A stretch of DNA of 64,000 nt, taken from contig CAVRJG010000045.1 in the NCBI GenBank assembly GCA_963721455.1, positions 1 through 64,000 on the forward strand. The letters are read 5' to 3'. The DNA is from an uncultured Methanosarcinaceae archaeon. GTDB lineage: Archaea; Halobacteriota; Methanosarcinia; Methanosarcinales; Methanosarcinaceae. The notes under the pieces were generated by a model. The model worked only from the letters and a program-made list of their open reading frames with translations, made no database searches and had not been told where the DNA came from. A program made the translations under genes and the position numbers. Below, piece after piece: positions 10,801-21,438 of this stretch (within the stretch, counting starts at the first letter, position 1; each line of letters opens with the position of its first letter).

Positions 10801-12323
10801 ATAGGATTGTCCTGGATAATGGGGAAGAACGCATAGTCCATTCGGAGAGCGAAGTCATTTTTGACGAGAATAATATCCCTATTCGAGCGAAGGGAATAAT
10901 CCAGGACATTACTGAGAGTAAAAGAGCAGAAGAGAAAATTCAGACACTGGCAAATGCAGTGGAATCTTCGAATGATGCTATTGTAACTATGTCTCTTGAC
11001 GGTATCATTACCAGCTGGAATAAAGCGGCAGAGCAGATTTACGGTTATTTAGCTGAAGAAACTCTGGGAAAAGACGTATCAATACTTGAACCAGATAATA
11101 TCAAGGGGGAAATTAAGCATTTTTCTGAAAAGATTAAACAGGGAAAAAAGATCCAGCACTACGAAAGTTCACGTTTAAAAAAGGACGGTACAATTATAAA
11201 TATTTCAGTCGCTCTTTCTCCGGTTTTTGACGCCACTGGAAAGCTTGTGGCTATCTCAGGTATTGTAAGAGATATTACTGAGCGTATCAAGGCGGAAGAA
11301 GCGCTGCGTGAGAGTGAAGCGCGCCTGCGCCGGTTTTACGAATCGAGTATGATCGGCGTGTATTACTTTAATCTGGACGGTTCGATCACCGATGCCAACG
11401 ACAAGTTACTGGATATAGTCGGTTACACGCGCGAGGACTTGCAGGCCGGAAAGATTAACTGGGATAAGATGACCCCGCCGGAGTACCGTCAATTGGATGA
11501 GCGAGCCATTGCTGAACTGAAAACCATTGGCGTAAAAGAACCCCAGGAGAAGGAGTACATCCGCAAAGATGGCTCGCGCATACCTGTCATTGTTGGGGTA
11601 GCTACCTTCGATCAGGCGCGCAATGAAGGCATAGCCTTTGTTCTCGACGTTACCGAGAAGAAAAAGACAGAGGAAACTCTGGCAAATATCGAGACTGCCC
11701 GTAAAAAGGAAATTCACCATAGGATTAAGAATAATCTACAGGTAATCTCTTCCCTTCTTGACCTTCAGGCTGATAAGTTTGATAATCCGAAAGTTATTGA
11801 GGCTTTCAGAGAAAGCCAGAACCGGGTTATATCTATGGCTCTCATCCACGAAGAACTTTATAAAGGAGAAGGAACCGATACGCTGGAATTTTCGACGTAC
11901 ATCAGAGAGTTAACTGAAAATCTTTTCCAGACTTACAGCCTTAGTAGCAAAAACATACACCTGAACATGGATCTGGAAGAAAATGCATTATTTGATATGG
12001 ATACTGCTGTCCCGCTAGGAATAATTGTTAATGAACTCGTTTCCAATTCCCTCAAACACGCATTTACTGAAAACGAAGAAGGGGAAATACGAATTAAGCT
12101 TTGCAGGGAAGAAAAGAATAATGAAATGCATAAATCCCTTTTCAGCCTGACAATTTCAGATAACGGAAAAGGAATTTCCCAAAACATAGAGTTAGAAAGT
12201 CTTGAATCACTTGGACTGCAATTAGTAAACACCCTTGTTGACCAGCTGGATGGGAAAATCGAGCTTAAAAGAACGCATGGAACGGAATTCAGAATTACTT
12301 TCAACGTAACAGAAAGATCATGA
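7830..12323 (+). CDS. Multi-sensor histidine kinase: MEDS, about seven PAS, GAF, HisKA_2/HATPase
   Basis: WGTHFCQFY (MEDS); repeated PAS/PAC ...DITERK; GAF with PEGHPPL.SFLGVP; H-box KEIHHRIKNNLQ; ISDNGKG, SLGLQLV. Start 7830 (MRESLRKSG) preferred over 7746. Confidence 0.9.
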   Translation: MRESLRKSGIDIIGDVPWGTHFCQFYQTKKDLVDILVPYFKAGLENNELCVWITSQPLEVEEAKEALRKAVPDIDVYLEKGQMEIIPYTQGYMKESIFDPDKVANSWVEKIDQVLARGYDGLRATGDNRWLEKEGWDDFVDYENKVDAIIDKHHVIALCPYYLDMCSTAEIIDVISNHQFALIKREGKWERIENSGRKRAEKEAIQAAKNWKYTFDAVPDLVAIIDDECRIVRANRAMTARLGVKPEECVGLTCYRVIHGTDKPPSFCPHRQLLEDGAEHTTEVCEDRLGGYFAVSTTPLHDSEGKLIGSVYVARDINERKKVEERLKESEEKYRNIVETANEGILRIDAEVRITYANKKITEMLGYSLEELIGRFLWDFADEEGGAILKMNMEKRRQGINEVYELKLICKDGSPLWALISAKAFFNKEGEFTGSLGMFTDITKRKQTEEGLLQSEQHYRLLYETMLQGVVYQDASGKIISMNPAAEKILGKTSAEFLGSSSVGEEYLTIRENGSIFSGLEHPAMVSLRTGREVKDVVMGVYNPRENCYRWININAVPIFRTGEDKPFQVYTLFDDITERKQEEHRIRRYNRILEGINRIFSNVVQAKTEEELGNACLYVALEVTGSQFGFINEMGTDGLLHDVAKSEMGWEQCFMYDKTGHRRPPSDFVVHGLYGSVIINEKSFFTNDPLSHPDSIGLPEGHPPLTSFLGVPLVQDGKTIGLIAVANHEGGYICEQQEDLEAIAPAVTQALQRKRSEEALRLSNIYNRSLIEASLDPLVTIGPDGKITDVNGATELITGYSRNDLIGTDFSDYFTEPEKARKGYQQVFTNSEVRDYPLEIQHKDEHITPVLYNASVYRNENDEIIGVFAAARDITELKNAEEALKKAHENLEEKVKARTSELEEAYNSLKESEKGLAEAQKMAHIGNWDWDLVTGETYWSEELYRIYGRNPQESGATYDELLNYIHPDDREYVDNAIKKSFNGKPSGIDYRIVLDNGEERIVHSESEVIFDENNIPIRAKGIIQDITESKRAEEKIQTLANAVESSNDAIVTMSLDGIITSWNKAAEQIYGYLAEETLGKDVSILEPDNIKGEIKHFSEKIKQGKKIQHYESSRLKKDGTIINISVALSPVFDATGKLVAISGIVRDITERIKAEEALRESEARLRRFYESSMIGVYYFNLDGSITDANDKLLDIVGYTREDLQAGKINWDKMTPPEYRQLDERAIAELKTIGVKEPQEKEYIRKDGSRIPVIVGVATFDQARNEGIAFVLDVTEKKKTEETLANIETARKKEIHHRIKNNLQVISSLLDLQADKFDNPKVIEAFRESQNRVISMALIHEELYKGEGTDTLEFSTYIRELTENLFQTYSLSSKNIHLNMDLEENALFDMDTAVPLGIIVNELVSNSLKHAFTENEEGEIRIKLCREEKNNEMHKSLFSLTISDNGKGISQNIELESLESLGLQLVNTLVDQLDGKIELKRTHGTEFRITFNVTERS

Positions 12324-12735
12324 TCCCGGATAAAGAGATATATCATTCTCGAGTTACTCGCATTTAAAGGACCTTTATTTGTATAGGTTAAGGATCCGTG
12401 ACGTTAAAATGACTATTGCGATCACCGGTTTGTCTCAATTTGTATTATAGGTTTACACAAGCTTCAACGAAAGAAATACCTTTCTTACTGACCTTATTTT
12501 AACAGAATACAAAATATAGTTTCCGACGCAATATTTTACACGCATTAATGCTTATATTTTCTTATGGTGGGGAAATAACAAATTATACTGATCAAAAAGT
12601 CACTCTAGATGATCTAAACTCTTTAATCAAACATGAAAATAATTCTAGATAAGTTACTAGCATTTGCAAAAAATAGATGGAAACATTCTATCCGCAAATA
12701 AAAGGTGTAATCAGTTGAGGCAAGAACTATAGTCG

Positions 12736-12954
12736 TTATCGTCTCCAATTATCAGCTCTAGAAAATATTGATTTGTATATTCTTTCTTCAAGAGTAGGCA
12801 CATCACGGCGTCTTGGATTTTGTCTTTCATAAATAATATTCTGGTATTCGCAATCGTGAGCTTCGGGGAGTCTATGATCTGAGCAGAACATTTTCCCACA
12901 TCTATAACATTTAAAACCCATGCCTTCTTTTTTACTACATAAGCTACATTCCAG
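12736..12954 (-). CDS. AN1-type zinc-finger small protein, possibly a truncated remnant
   Basis: Extending upstream of the track ATG gives (L)ECSLCSKKEGMGFKCYRCGKMFCSDHRLPEAHDC, a complete AN1 finger; CTG at 12954 follows GAGGGG. Confidence 0.6.
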   Translation of the reverse strand: MECSLCSKKEGMGFKCYRCGKMFCSDHRLPEAHDCEYQNIIYERQNPRRRDVPTLEERIYKSIFSRADNWRR

Positions 12955-13374
12955 GATATCCCCTCAAGACTATATAATAAAATCTTATTTGATATACTGA
13001 CTAGTTTACTTTTTAGAATAAGAATCTTGTGTTTTTAGGTCCAGGTTTTGGGCAACATCTATAAAAACAATTGATAAAACGGTTCTGCAAAGTTTTCGGG
13101 AACTTAGAGTTATTTTCCATCTAGCGTCAAATCTTTATATTTGTCCATTTCCCGAAGATTTTACAGAACCCTCTTTTTACAGGTCTCCGTCTGAAATGGC
13201 AGAATATTAATATTACTTTATTAATATGACCTCTCAAGTTAAAATTACATTAACTTTCGGTAAAATTGAATCTCCCCCATATTCAGTCCTCAGATTGTGA
13301 TTCACACTTCCTAATTATCGTTAATTTGTAAATCTCATTAAACTTTGACTGCCATTAATAAAAACAGCTAATTT

Positions 13375-14427
13375 ATGATTGCCATGACAAATGCACCAAG
13401 GCTTATCGCGTGGGAACTGACTGCAGGCTGCAACCTGAACTGCGTACACTGCAGGGGAGCTTCCACTTCCTCGGTTCCGGCAGGTGAGCTTACAACTGAT
13501 GAAGCTAAACATTTCATTGATGAGGTTGCAGGACTTGGAAAGCCCATTCTCATCTTGAGCGGAGGCGAGCCTCTTACAAGACCTGACGTTCTGGAAATTG
13601 CCCGCTACGGCACTGATGCCGGGCTTCGAGTAGTGCTTGCAACAAACGGCACACTTCTTACTCCTGAGCTTGTGGAGAAACTGAAAAACGCAGGCGTTCA
13701 GAGGCTCAGCATAAGTATCGACGGAGCGAATGCAGAGACGCATGACAATTTCAGGGGCATGCCCGGAGCCTTTGAAAGGACGCTTGCAGGCATTCAAGTT
13801 CTCAGGAACGCAGATTTTCCTTTCCAGATCAACACTACGGTCTCAAAGCGCAACCTTGAGGAAATCCATACGACCCTTGAGCTTGCAAAAGAGCTCGGGG
13901 CAGTTGCATATCATGTCTTTTTCCTTGTGCCCACGGGAAGGGGAGAAGAGTCCGATGAAGTGTCCCCTGCAGATTATGAGCGTATTCTGCACTGGTTTTA
14001 TGATATGCAGAAAGAATCGGAAATCCAGCTGAAAGCGACCTGCGCCCCCCATTATTTCAGGATAATGCGCCAGCGGGCAAAAAAGGAAGGCATCGAGATC
14101 TCCGTAAAAACCCACGGCTACGAAGCCATGACAAAAGGCTGCCTCGGAGGTACCGGTTTCTGCTTCGTGTCAAGCGTTGGAAAGGTCTATCCATGCGGCT
14201 ACCTTCCCGTGCTTGCGGGCAATATCAGGGAACAGCCTTTCAGGGACATCTGGGAAAACTCCGAGATCTTCAGGAAATTGAGAGATCCCGAAGAGCTTAA
14301 AGGAAAGTGCGGGATATGTGAATACAAAAAAGTCTGCGCAGGCTGCAGGGCAAGAGCCTATGCTTCTACAGGCGACTATCTCGAAGAAGAGCCTTACTGT
14401 ACATACAGGCCTGGAAAAAAATGGTAG
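13375..14427 (+). CDS. ahbD: Radical SAM heme b synthase
   Basis: CNLNCVHC motif; SPASM CLGG...YPC...CGIC...CAGCRARA; heads the heme cluster. Confidence 0.88.
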   Translation: MIAMTNAPRLIAWELTAGCNLNCVHCRGASTSSVPAGELTTDEAKHFIDEVAGLGKPILILSGGEPLTRPDVLEIARYGTDAGLRVVLATNGTLLTPELVEKLKNAGVQRLSISIDGANAETHDNFRGMPGAFERTLAGIQVLRNADFPFQINTTVSKRNLEEIHTTLELAKELGAVAYHVFFLVPTGRGEESDEVSPADYERILHWFYDMQKESEIQLKATCAPHYFRIMRQRAKKEGIEISVKTHGYEAMTKGCLGGTGFCFVSSVGKVYPCGYLPVLAGNIREQPFRDIWENSEIFRKLRDPEELKGKCGICEYKKVCAGCRARAYASTGDYLEEEPYCTYRPGKKW

Positions 14428-14984
14428 TGATCGAGATGATTGAAATTGAAAACTGCAAAAGCCGGCTCCAGAGTGCGGATGCCGATTTTACCTGCGAAAT
14501 GCAGCCTTATGATAGAGAAGTTCCGGAAATCGAACTTGACGAAACCGACAAGAGAATTCTGAACCAGATCCAGCAGGAGGTTCCTCTGGAAGTCGAGCCA
14601 TTTGAAAAGTTAGGTAAAATTCTCGGCCTTGCCGAAACCGAAGTTCTTGGAAGGCTGCGTGAACTCAACAGGAAAGGAGCAGTAAGGCGGATAGGGCCGG
14701 TTCTCAGCACAAGAAATATGGGCGGAGTAAGCACTCTCGTGGCCCTTAAGGTTCCCGATGCCCGGATTGAAGAAGTCGCAAACTTCATAAACGAATACCC
14801 TGAAGTTTCCCATAATTACCTTCGGAATGCTGCACAGTATAACCTCTGGTTTACGCTCTCTGCCCCGAATAAAAAGAGGCTTGAGGAGATAATTGACGAA
14901 ATCAGGGAGAAAACAAGCTGTCCTCTGTTAAACCTCCCTACAAAGCGTCTCTTTAAGATAAATGTGAAGTTCGATATCAGGTGA
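14421..14984 (+). CDS. ahbA: Siroheme decarboxylase alpha subunit
   Basis: Lrp/AsnC-like; PEVSHNYLR...YNLWFT. Confidence 0.88.
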   Translation: MVVIEMIEIENCKSRLQSADADFTCEMQPYDREVPEIELDETDKRILNQIQQEVPLEVEPFEKLGKILGLAETEVLGRLRELNRKGAVRRIGPVLSTRNMGGVSTLVALKVPDARIEEVANFINEYPEVSHNYLRNAAQYNLWFTLSAPNKKRLEEIIDEIREKTSCPLLNLPTKRLFKINVKFDIR

Positions 14985-14988
14985 AAAA

Positions 14989-15447
14989 ATGGATAAAACG
15001 GATGTAGAACTTCTCAAGCTCGTGCAGGATGGGATTCCGATAATTCATTCTCCTTTCAAGGCCCTTGCTGCCGAGCTTGGGATAAGTGAGCAGGAAGTTG
15101 TTGACAGGCTCAAACGCCTTCAGAAAGCCGGAAAAATCCGGCGTTTCGCAGCTTCAATAGGGCATCGGGCAATCGGAATTACGGCCAACGCTATGTGCGT
15201 CTGGAATGTCCCCGATGAGCAGATCGAAAGAGTAGGGGCAATAATGGCAGAATTCCCTGAAGTGACTCACTGCTATGAGCGCCCGCGTTATCCCGACTGG
15301 CCCTACAACCTGTTCACTATGGTCCATTCCTACACTCCTGAAGACTGTGAAAAGGTAGCTGTCAGGATTTCGGAAGCTACCGGAATCAAGGATTATACCC
15401 TCTTTTTCAGTGAAAGGGAGTTCAAGAAAACCTGGGTCAGGTTGTAA
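14989..15447 (+). CDS. ahbB: Siroheme decarboxylase beta subunit
   Basis: HRAIGITANAM, VTHCYERP...WPYNLFTMVH. Confidence 0.9.
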   Translation: MDKTDVELLKLVQDGIPIIHSPFKALAAELGISEQEVVDRLKRLQKAGKIRRFAASIGHRAIGITANAMCVWNVPDEQIERVGAIMAEFPEVTHCYERPRYPDWPYNLFTMVHSYTPEDCEKVAVRISEATGIKDYTLFFSEREFKKTWVRL

Positions 15448-15498
15448 ATCCGGTTTTTATTCAGGTGTTAAGTTATATTAGTCAAGAGGTTCCTGAAA

Positions 15499-16173
15499 AT
15501 GGCTGAAAAAAACAATTTTCTTCCCCTTATGCTTGACCTGTCTGGCAGGAAGATCGTTATCTTCGGGGGAGGTTCTGTCGGGGAACGCAAAGCCGAGCTT
15601 TTCTCTGGCTGTGCGGACACCCTTGTTGTCAGCCTTGAATTCTCTCAGCGGCTGCAGGAACTTGAAGCTTCAGGGCAGGTGCGGCTCTTTAAGGTTAATC
15701 TTCTTGCTGCTTCGGATTCCGAACTCAGGGAACTTATCTCAGGGGCTTTTATTGTCATACCCGCGACCAGCAGTTTCGAACTTAACCGAAAAATCACTCT
15801 CGTTGCACAGGAAAGCGATATTTTGATTAATCAGGTCGATGCTTTAGGTAGTGTCGTAATCCCGTCAGTAATAAAAAGAGGAGACCTTGTAATCGGGATT
15901 TCCACTCTCGGGCACAGTCCAGCAGTCTCCAAATATACCCGCAAACAGATAGAAGGCCTGATCACTCCTGCATATTCCGATATGATCCGGCTTCAGGACG
16001 AACTCAGGACTTACCTCAAACAGCATGTGGCTGAGCAAAAACAGAGGAAGGAACTTCTCTGGAAAGTCCTGGAAAGCGAGGCTGTCTGGAGCGGTTTTTC
16101 CGAGTCTTATGAAGAGGCAGCAGAAAGGGCATACGCTACAATTTCTGATTACGTTGGAAATTCCGGCAAGTAA
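15499..16173 (+). CDS. sirC: Precorrin-2 dehydrogenase / sirohydrochlorin ferrochelatase family
   Basis: GGGSVGERK Rossmann motif; ISTLGHSPA. Confidence 0.88.
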   Translation: MAEKNNFLPLMLDLSGRKIVIFGGGSVGERKAELFSGCADTLVVSLEFSQRLQELEASGQVRLFKVNLLAASDSELRELISGAFIVIPATSSFELNRKITLVAQESDILINQVDALGSVVIPSVIKRGDLVIGISTLGHSPAVSKYTRKQIEGLITPAYSDMIRLQDELRTYLKQHVAEQKQRKELLWKVLESEAVWSGFSESYEEAAERAYATISDYVGNSGK

Positions 16174-16396
16174 ACCCTGGCAGGAAGCTCCGGGCTTTTC
16201 AAAGGGAAAAATTACTCTATAAAAAGAATTGTTCTGTAAACAGAAACTCTGAATCAAAGTATTCTGTAAATAGAAATATCCTGTGAATGAAAATTCCTTT
16301 GGTGAAAAAAGGCTCAGGAGTTATGGACAAAGTTTAATTTACAACTCCTTATATTATTATTCTATTTCCTGTATTCATTCTATCCGGAGGCTCTCT

Positions 16397-17713
16397 GTGA
16401 CAGAAATCTCAAGTATGGTTATATCCCATAAAAAAGCAAAGGTTGAGGAAATGGAGTCCGCCTGGCACGGAGATCTGGACGGACTGCTCCATAACCTGTA
16501 TCACCAGGAGTATGTTTACGAGTGCGTAGTCTTAAAAACCTGCAACCGTGTTGAAATCTACGTTGTTTCCCCCAAAAGCAGCAGTGTACTTTTCTCTTTT
16601 GCAAAGGAAATGGGAGCTTCCACCCATATTATCGATTTTTACGGGCATGATGAGTCCCTGGAGCACCTGCTCAGGCTTGCTGGCGGTCTTGAATCCATGA
16701 TTGTAGGGGAAGACCAGATTCTTGGACAAATAAAAGATCTTTATGCTTATTCCAAGAAAATTGGAACGACCGGAAAAATCCTGGATACTGCCTTTGATAA
16801 GGCTATTCAGGTAGGAAAGAGAATCCGCAATGAAACCAAAATCAACAAGGGATCGGTTTCCATAGGTTCTGCAGCTGTAGACCTCGCAGAGGATATTCTG
16901 GAGGGGCTCACAGGAAAATCCGTGCTCGTGATAGGAGCCGGGGAAATCGGTGTCCTTGTCGCAAAGGCCCTGGCTGAAAAAGATATCGAAGCAATATACA
17001 TTGCTAACCGCACCTTCCAGAAAGCCGAAGAAATTGCCTATGAACTCGGAGGACATGCAGTCAGGCTTGATGATATCCAGACTTACCTTAAGGACGCTGA
17101 TGTGGTAATCAGCGGCACAGGCGCTCCCCATTACATTCTAACCAGGGAAATCGTTCAAAAGGCTATACAGAACAGAAACCGCAAACTCCTCCTTGTTGAT
17201 ATCGCAAATCCCAGGGATATCGAGGAATCTGTTGTTGAACTTGAGAACGTTGAACTGTGCAATATCGACAACCTCAGGGTCATCAGCGAAAGGACTCTTA
17301 AAATGAGGAAGGAAGAGGCTAAAAAAGCCGAAGCTATAATTCAGGAAGAGATCAGACTTTTAAACCTTCAGTACAAGCGCCAGAAAGCTGACCGTCTTAT
17401 TGCCGACCTTTACCGGCAGGTGTATGATGTAAGGATAAGGGAGAGGGAAAAAGCAGTCAACAGGCTTTGTGCATACCATACCATAGGGGAAATTGAAACC
17501 GAGGTTCTTGACGACCTTACTCATTCTATCGTTAACAAGATCCTTGCCGAGCCTACCAAAGTCCTCCGCCAGGCTGCAGAACTCGGAAACGAAGAGTTCC
17601 TTGATGTGGTTTCAAGGATATTCTGCCTCGAAAAGGACAGGTTAAGGGTCGAAAAAATAAAGCCCGGTTGCGGAAATGAATTAAACCGGGTCTCTGAAAA
17701 AGGCAACTCATAA
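16397..17713 (+). CDS. hemA: Glutamyl-tRNA reductase
   Basis: TCNRVEIY, GLESMIVGEDQILGQ, GAGEIG, DIANPRDIE; GTG at 16397 after GGAGG. Confidence 0.95.
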   Translation: MTEISSMVISHKKAKVEEMESAWHGDLDGLLHNLYHQEYVYECVVLKTCNRVEIYVVSPKSSSVLFSFAKEMGASTHIIDFYGHDESLEHLLRLAGGLESMIVGEDQILGQIKDLYAYSKKIGTTGKILDTAFDKAIQVGKRIRNETKINKGSVSIGSAAVDLAEDILEGLTGKSVLVIGAGEIGVLVAKALAEKDIEAIYIANRTFQKAEEIAYELGGHAVRLDDIQTYLKDADVVISGTGAPHYILTREIVQKAIQNRNRKLLLVDIANPRDIEESVVELENVELCNIDNLRVISERTLKMRKEEAKKAEAIIQEEIRLLNLQYKRQKADRLIADLYRQVYDVRIREREKAVNRLCAYHTIGEIETEVLDDLTHSIVNKILAEPTKVLRQAAELGNEEFLDVVSRIFCLEKDRLRVEKIKPGCGNELNRVSEKGNS

Positions 17714-17754
17714 TAAAATAGCTGAAATTAATTCATAATTACAGGAGTGATCAC

Positions 17755-18729
17755 ATGTTTCCAGATGTCAGGTTGAGACGGTTGAGAAAAGGAAAGATCA
17801 GGAACCTCGTGCGTGAAACCACCTTATCCGTGGACGACCTGGTTCAACCTATTTTTGTGGATGAGACTATTGACTCCCCGGTTGAGTTCTCTTCCATGCC
17901 AGGGATATACAAGTTTCCTCTCTCAGATGTTGCAAAAGAAGCAAAAGAGATTGCAGAACTCGGTATCCCTGCTGTTATTCTGTTCGGAGTGCCTGCTTTC
18001 AAGGACGCAGAAGGAAGTTCCTCATGGGGGGAAATTGATGTCATCCAGGAGGCGGTCCGGAGGATCAAGGCTGAACTTGGAGACGAACTTGTGGTGATCA
18101 CAGATATTTGCATGTGTGAATACACAAACCACGGACACTGCGGGATAATTGATTTCGAAACTAAAGAGGTCCTGAACGACCCTACCCTTGAGGTTCTCGG
18201 AAAGATCGCAGTCAGCCACGCAAGAGCAGGCGCTGACATGGTAGCCCCCTCAGGAATGATGGACGGAATGGTAGAAGCCATCAGGCAAGCACTTGACCTT
18301 AATGGCTTTGAGAATATTCCCATCATGTCTTATGCCGCAAAATTCAGTTCATCCTTCTACGGGCCTTTCAGGGAAGCAGCAGACTCAGGCTGTTGTTTCG
18401 GAGACCGCTCCACCTACCAGATGGACCCCGCAAACAGCGATGAAGCCCTCAGGGAAGTGACCCTGGATGTGGCCGAAGGGGCAGATATCATAATGGTGAA
18501 GCCAGCCCTCAGTTACCTGGATATAGTCTACAGGGTCAAGACAGATTTCGGGATGCCGACAGCCGCATACAATGTGAGCGGGGAGTATGCAATGATTAAA
18601 GCAGCCGCAGCTAATGGCTGGCTTGATGAAAAGAAAGCCGTGTACGAGTCTCTCATCTCCATTAAAAGGGCAGGAGCAGACATTATCATTACTTACTTTG
18701 CAAAGGATGCTGCCCGCATGTTGAAGTAA
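17755..18729 (+). CDS. hemB: Porphobilinogen synthase
   Basis: [32 protein letters not shown]. Confidence 0.97.
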   Translation: MFPDVRLRRLRKGKIRNLVRETTLSVDDLVQPIFVDETIDSPVEFSSMPGIYKFPLSDVAKEAKEIAELGIPAVILFGVPAFKDAEGSSSWGEIDVIQEAVRRIKAELGDELVVITDICMCEYTNHGHCGIIDFETKEVLNDPTLEVLGKIAVSHARAGADMVAPSGMMDGMVEAIRQALDLNGFENIPIMSYAAKFSSSFYGPFREAADSGCCFGDRSTYQMDPANSDEALREVTLDVAEGADIIMVKPALSYLDIVYRVKTDFGMPTAAYNVSGEYAMIKAAAANGWLDEKKAVYESLISIKRAGADIIITYFAKDAARMLK

Positions 18730-18748
18730 GCGCCTTTTTTCAGGCGCT
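18729..18748 (+). terminator. Hairpin after hemB followed by T-rich tract
   Basis: AGCGCCT...AGGCGCT inverted repeat at the stop codon. Confidence 0.45.
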
Positions 18749-18992
18749 CCTGCTTTTCAGGAAGTTTATTTCCTTTTTCCTCTTGCAGATCTTTCCTGGT
18801 TTTTAAGCCTGCTGCCCATTTCACTCACGCTCCCATCAATAACTGCTTAATAGGGGAAGGCTCTGTTATAAGATAGAAAAGGGATACAGAAAACAGTAAA
18901 ATTACCTTTACTTACAGGTTTTGCGAATCTATATTTCAGTTTAATTTATAATTTCAGTTGAATTCATAGTTTCAGTTTAATTCATGAATTAC

Positions 18993-19121
18993 CAGTATGT
19001 TGAATCAGTATGTTGAATCAGTATGTTGAATCAGTATGTTGAATCAGTATGTTGAATCAGTATGTTGAATCAGTATGTTGAATCAGTATGTTGAATCAGT
19101 ATGTTGAATCAGTATGTTGAA
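18993..19121. repeat. Perfect tandem repeat CAGTATGTTGAAT (13 bp), 9 full copies plus one 12-bp copy
   Basis: Read directly; preceded by about three copies of a TTTCAGTT(T/G)AATT(T/C)AT unit at ~18934-18985. Confidence 0.97.
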
Positions 19122-19149
19122 GATTTTCAGTCCGATCGGTGAGATTTCC

Positions 19150-20424
19150 ATGATATCTGAGGTAACACTTGAGAAGTCCAGACAGATGTATGAGAAAGCA
19201 AAGACCCTTATTCCGGGTGGGGTAAGCAGTCCTGTGCGTGCAATCAAGCCCTATCCTTTCTATACGGCCTCAGCTGACGGCTCAAAGATAAAGGACCTTG
19301 ACGGGAACGAGTACATCGATTACTGCCTGGCTTACGGCCCTGCAATCCTTGGGCACAACCACCCTGTAATAAAAGAGGCCATTAAAGCCCAGCTCGATAA
19401 AGGCTGGCTCTATGGGACCCCTACGGAGCTTGAAGTAACCCTGGCAGAGAAGATTGCAGGGTACTATCCCAGTATTGATATGCTCCGTTTCGTTTCTACA
19501 GGGACTGAGGCCACAATGAGTGCCCTCCGCCTCGCCCGCGGCTTTACGGGTAGAAACAAATTCATCAAAATCGAAGGCGGATTTCACGGTGCCCATGATG
19601 CTGTGCTGGTAAAAGCAGGTTCAGGAGCTACAACCCTGGGAGAACCCGATTCCCTGGGCATTCCTGCAGATTTCACCAAACATACCTTGCAGGCTCCGTA
19701 TAATGATATTGAAGCAATGGCCGAACTTGTGGAGAAGAACAAGGATGACCTGGCCGCAGTTATAATAGAGCCCGTGCTCGGGAACATAGGTCCGATAATC
19801 CCAATTCCCGGCTACCTGGAAGAACTCAGGAAGCTAACCCTGGAAAACGATGTGCTTCTGATTTTCGATGAGGTCATTACCGGGTTCAGGCTTGCAATGG
19901 GCGGAGCTCAGGAATACTTCGGGGTCGTGCCTGATATGACCACCCTGGGAAAGATCGTAGGCGGAGGCCTTCCTATAGGGGTTTTCGGCGGCAGTCGGGA
20001 AATCATGGAAATGGTATCTCCATCCGGAGCCGTTTACCAGGCAGGGACTTTCAGCGGAAGCCCATGTTCTGTGGCTGCAGGCATTGCAATGCTTGATTAT
20101 CTGAAACAGGAAAACATCCATGCAAAACTCAATTCGACAGGCGATTATCTGAGAACTGTGCTCTCTGAAATCGTTGAAGATGAAGGGCTTGACTATCACG
20201 TATGCGGAATTGCTTCCATGTTCAAGATCTTCTTCGGGGCCGAACCTCATAACTACCAGGAGGTTCTGAAGTGCGATAAGGAGGGTTATCTTGCTTTCTT
20301 CCACAGGATGCTCGCAAGCGGAATTTTCCTCCCTCCCTCGCAGTTCGAGACCAATTTCGTCTCTGCAGCCCACAGCGAAGAAGACATCGAAAAAACCCTT
20401 AAAGCATATACTGAAAATCTCTGA
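19150..20424 (+). CDS. hemL: Glutamate-1-semialdehyde 2,1-aminomutase
   Basis: [15 protein letters not shown]-like [32 protein letters not shown]; ATG 19150 after GGTGA. Confidence 0.96.
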   Translation: MISEVTLEKSRQMYEKAKTLIPGGVSSPVRAIKPYPFYTASADGSKIKDLDGNEYIDYCLAYGPAILGHNHPVIKEAIKAQLDKGWLYGTPTELEVTLAEKIAGYYPSIDMLRFVSTGTEATMSALRLARGFTGRNKFIKIEGGFHGAHDAVLVKAGSGATTLGEPDSLGIPADFTKHTLQAPYNDIEAMAELVEKNKDDLAAVIIEPVLGNIGPIIPIPGYLEELRKLTLENDVLLIFDEVITGFRLAMGGAQEYFGVVPDMTTLGKIVGGGLPIGVFGGSREIMEMVSPSGAVYQAGTFSGSPCSVAAGIAMLDYLKQENIHAKLNSTGDYLRTVLSEIVEDEGLDYHVCGIASMFKIFFGAEPHNYQEVLKCDKEGYLAFFHRMLASGIFLPPSQFETNFVSAAHSEEDIEKTLKAYTENL

Positions 20425-20457
20425 GCAGATTTGCGTCTTTGAAAACGAGGATTCCAT

Positions 20458-21408
20458 ATGATTATAGGTACGCGGGGCAGCCAGCTTGCGCTTGCTCAGA
20501 CCAAAAATGTTGCACGCCTTTTAAAAGAACAGGGCGTTGAAACCAGCTTGAAAATTATAAAAACCAGCGGAGACCGGTTTACGGACCGTCCTCTGCACGC
20601 AGTATCAGGCGGAGTTGGAGCTTTTGTCAGGGAACTGGACGATGTTATGCTTGCAGGAGAAATAGATATCGCTGTCCATTCCATGAAGGACATGCCAACT
20701 GTCCGCCCGCCGACACTCCCAACCGCTTCCGTTCTGAAGCGGGATACCCCGTTCGATATCCTGCTGACTTATGACGGGACCACACTGGACGAACTGCCGG
20801 AGCAGTCCATTATAGGCACCAGTTCCCTGAGAAGGGCTGCCCAGATCAGGCGCTACAGGCCCGACCTCATTACGCAGGATTTAAGGGGCAATATCGATAC
20901 AAGGCTCAGGAAGCTCAAAGAAGGGCAATACGACGGTATCCTGCTTGCCAGGGCAGGGCTCGAACGCCTGGGCTGGGAGCTTGAAGGGGAAATCCTTTCT
21001 CCCGATTTCTTCTGCCCCTCTCCGAACCAGGGCACGGTTGCAGTGGTCACAAGGGCAGGCACTGAGGCTGAAGCTGCAGTTTCCAGACTTGAAGATCTCG
21101 AAAGCCGGATTGTCACTGAAATCGAGCGCATCCTGATTTTCGAACTCGGAGGAGGCTGCACAACTCCTGTAGGTTCCTACGCCGAACTAACGCAGGATAA
21201 GAAACAAATCCATGTTCGGGCCGAAGTCCTTTCCCTTGACGGGCGGGAGGCTGTCAGGATAGATGAGTTTATCCCTATGCTCGGAGGCATTGAAAAAGCC
21301 AGGGAACTCGGGCACAGGCTTGTACAGATGGGCGGCAAGAGACTGGCTGAAGAGGCGCTCCTGCAGATTTCCAGAGATTCGTACGGCTCAGAAGATTCAT
21401 ACGACTGA
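20458..21408 (+). CDS. hemC: Hydroxymethylbilane synthase (porphobilinogen deaminase)
   Basis: GTRGSQLALAQ, AVHSMKDMP, GTSSLRR, RGNIDTRL, GGGCTTP. Confidence 0.97.
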   Translation: MIIGTRGSQLALAQTKNVARLLKEQGVETSLKIIKTSGDRFTDRPLHAVSGGVGAFVRELDDVMLAGEIDIAVHSMKDMPTVRPPTLPTASVLKRDTPFDILLTYDGTTLDELPEQSIIGTSSLRRAAQIRRYRPDLITQDLRGNIDTRLRKLKEGQYDGILLARAGLERLGWELEGEILSPDFFCPSPNQGTVAVVTRAGTEAEAAVSRLEDLESRIVTEIERILIFELGGGCTTPVGSYAELTQDKKQIHVRAEVLSLDGREAVRIDEFIPMLGGIEKARELGHRLVQMGGKRLAEEALLQISRDSYGSEDSYD

Positions 21409-21438
21409 TGATATTGACAGGGCAGAAAGGAACCATCT

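Noticed and set aside
16283-16396. N-terminal extensions in the ORF track (hemA, hemL, gltX, rpl18e, rpoN, ppdK, RPA-associated protein)
   Set aside because: Downstream starts have better ribosome-binding sites and match family N-termini
18993-19121. Possible CRISPR array
   Set aside because: 13-bp units abut with no spacers; no cas genes in the window
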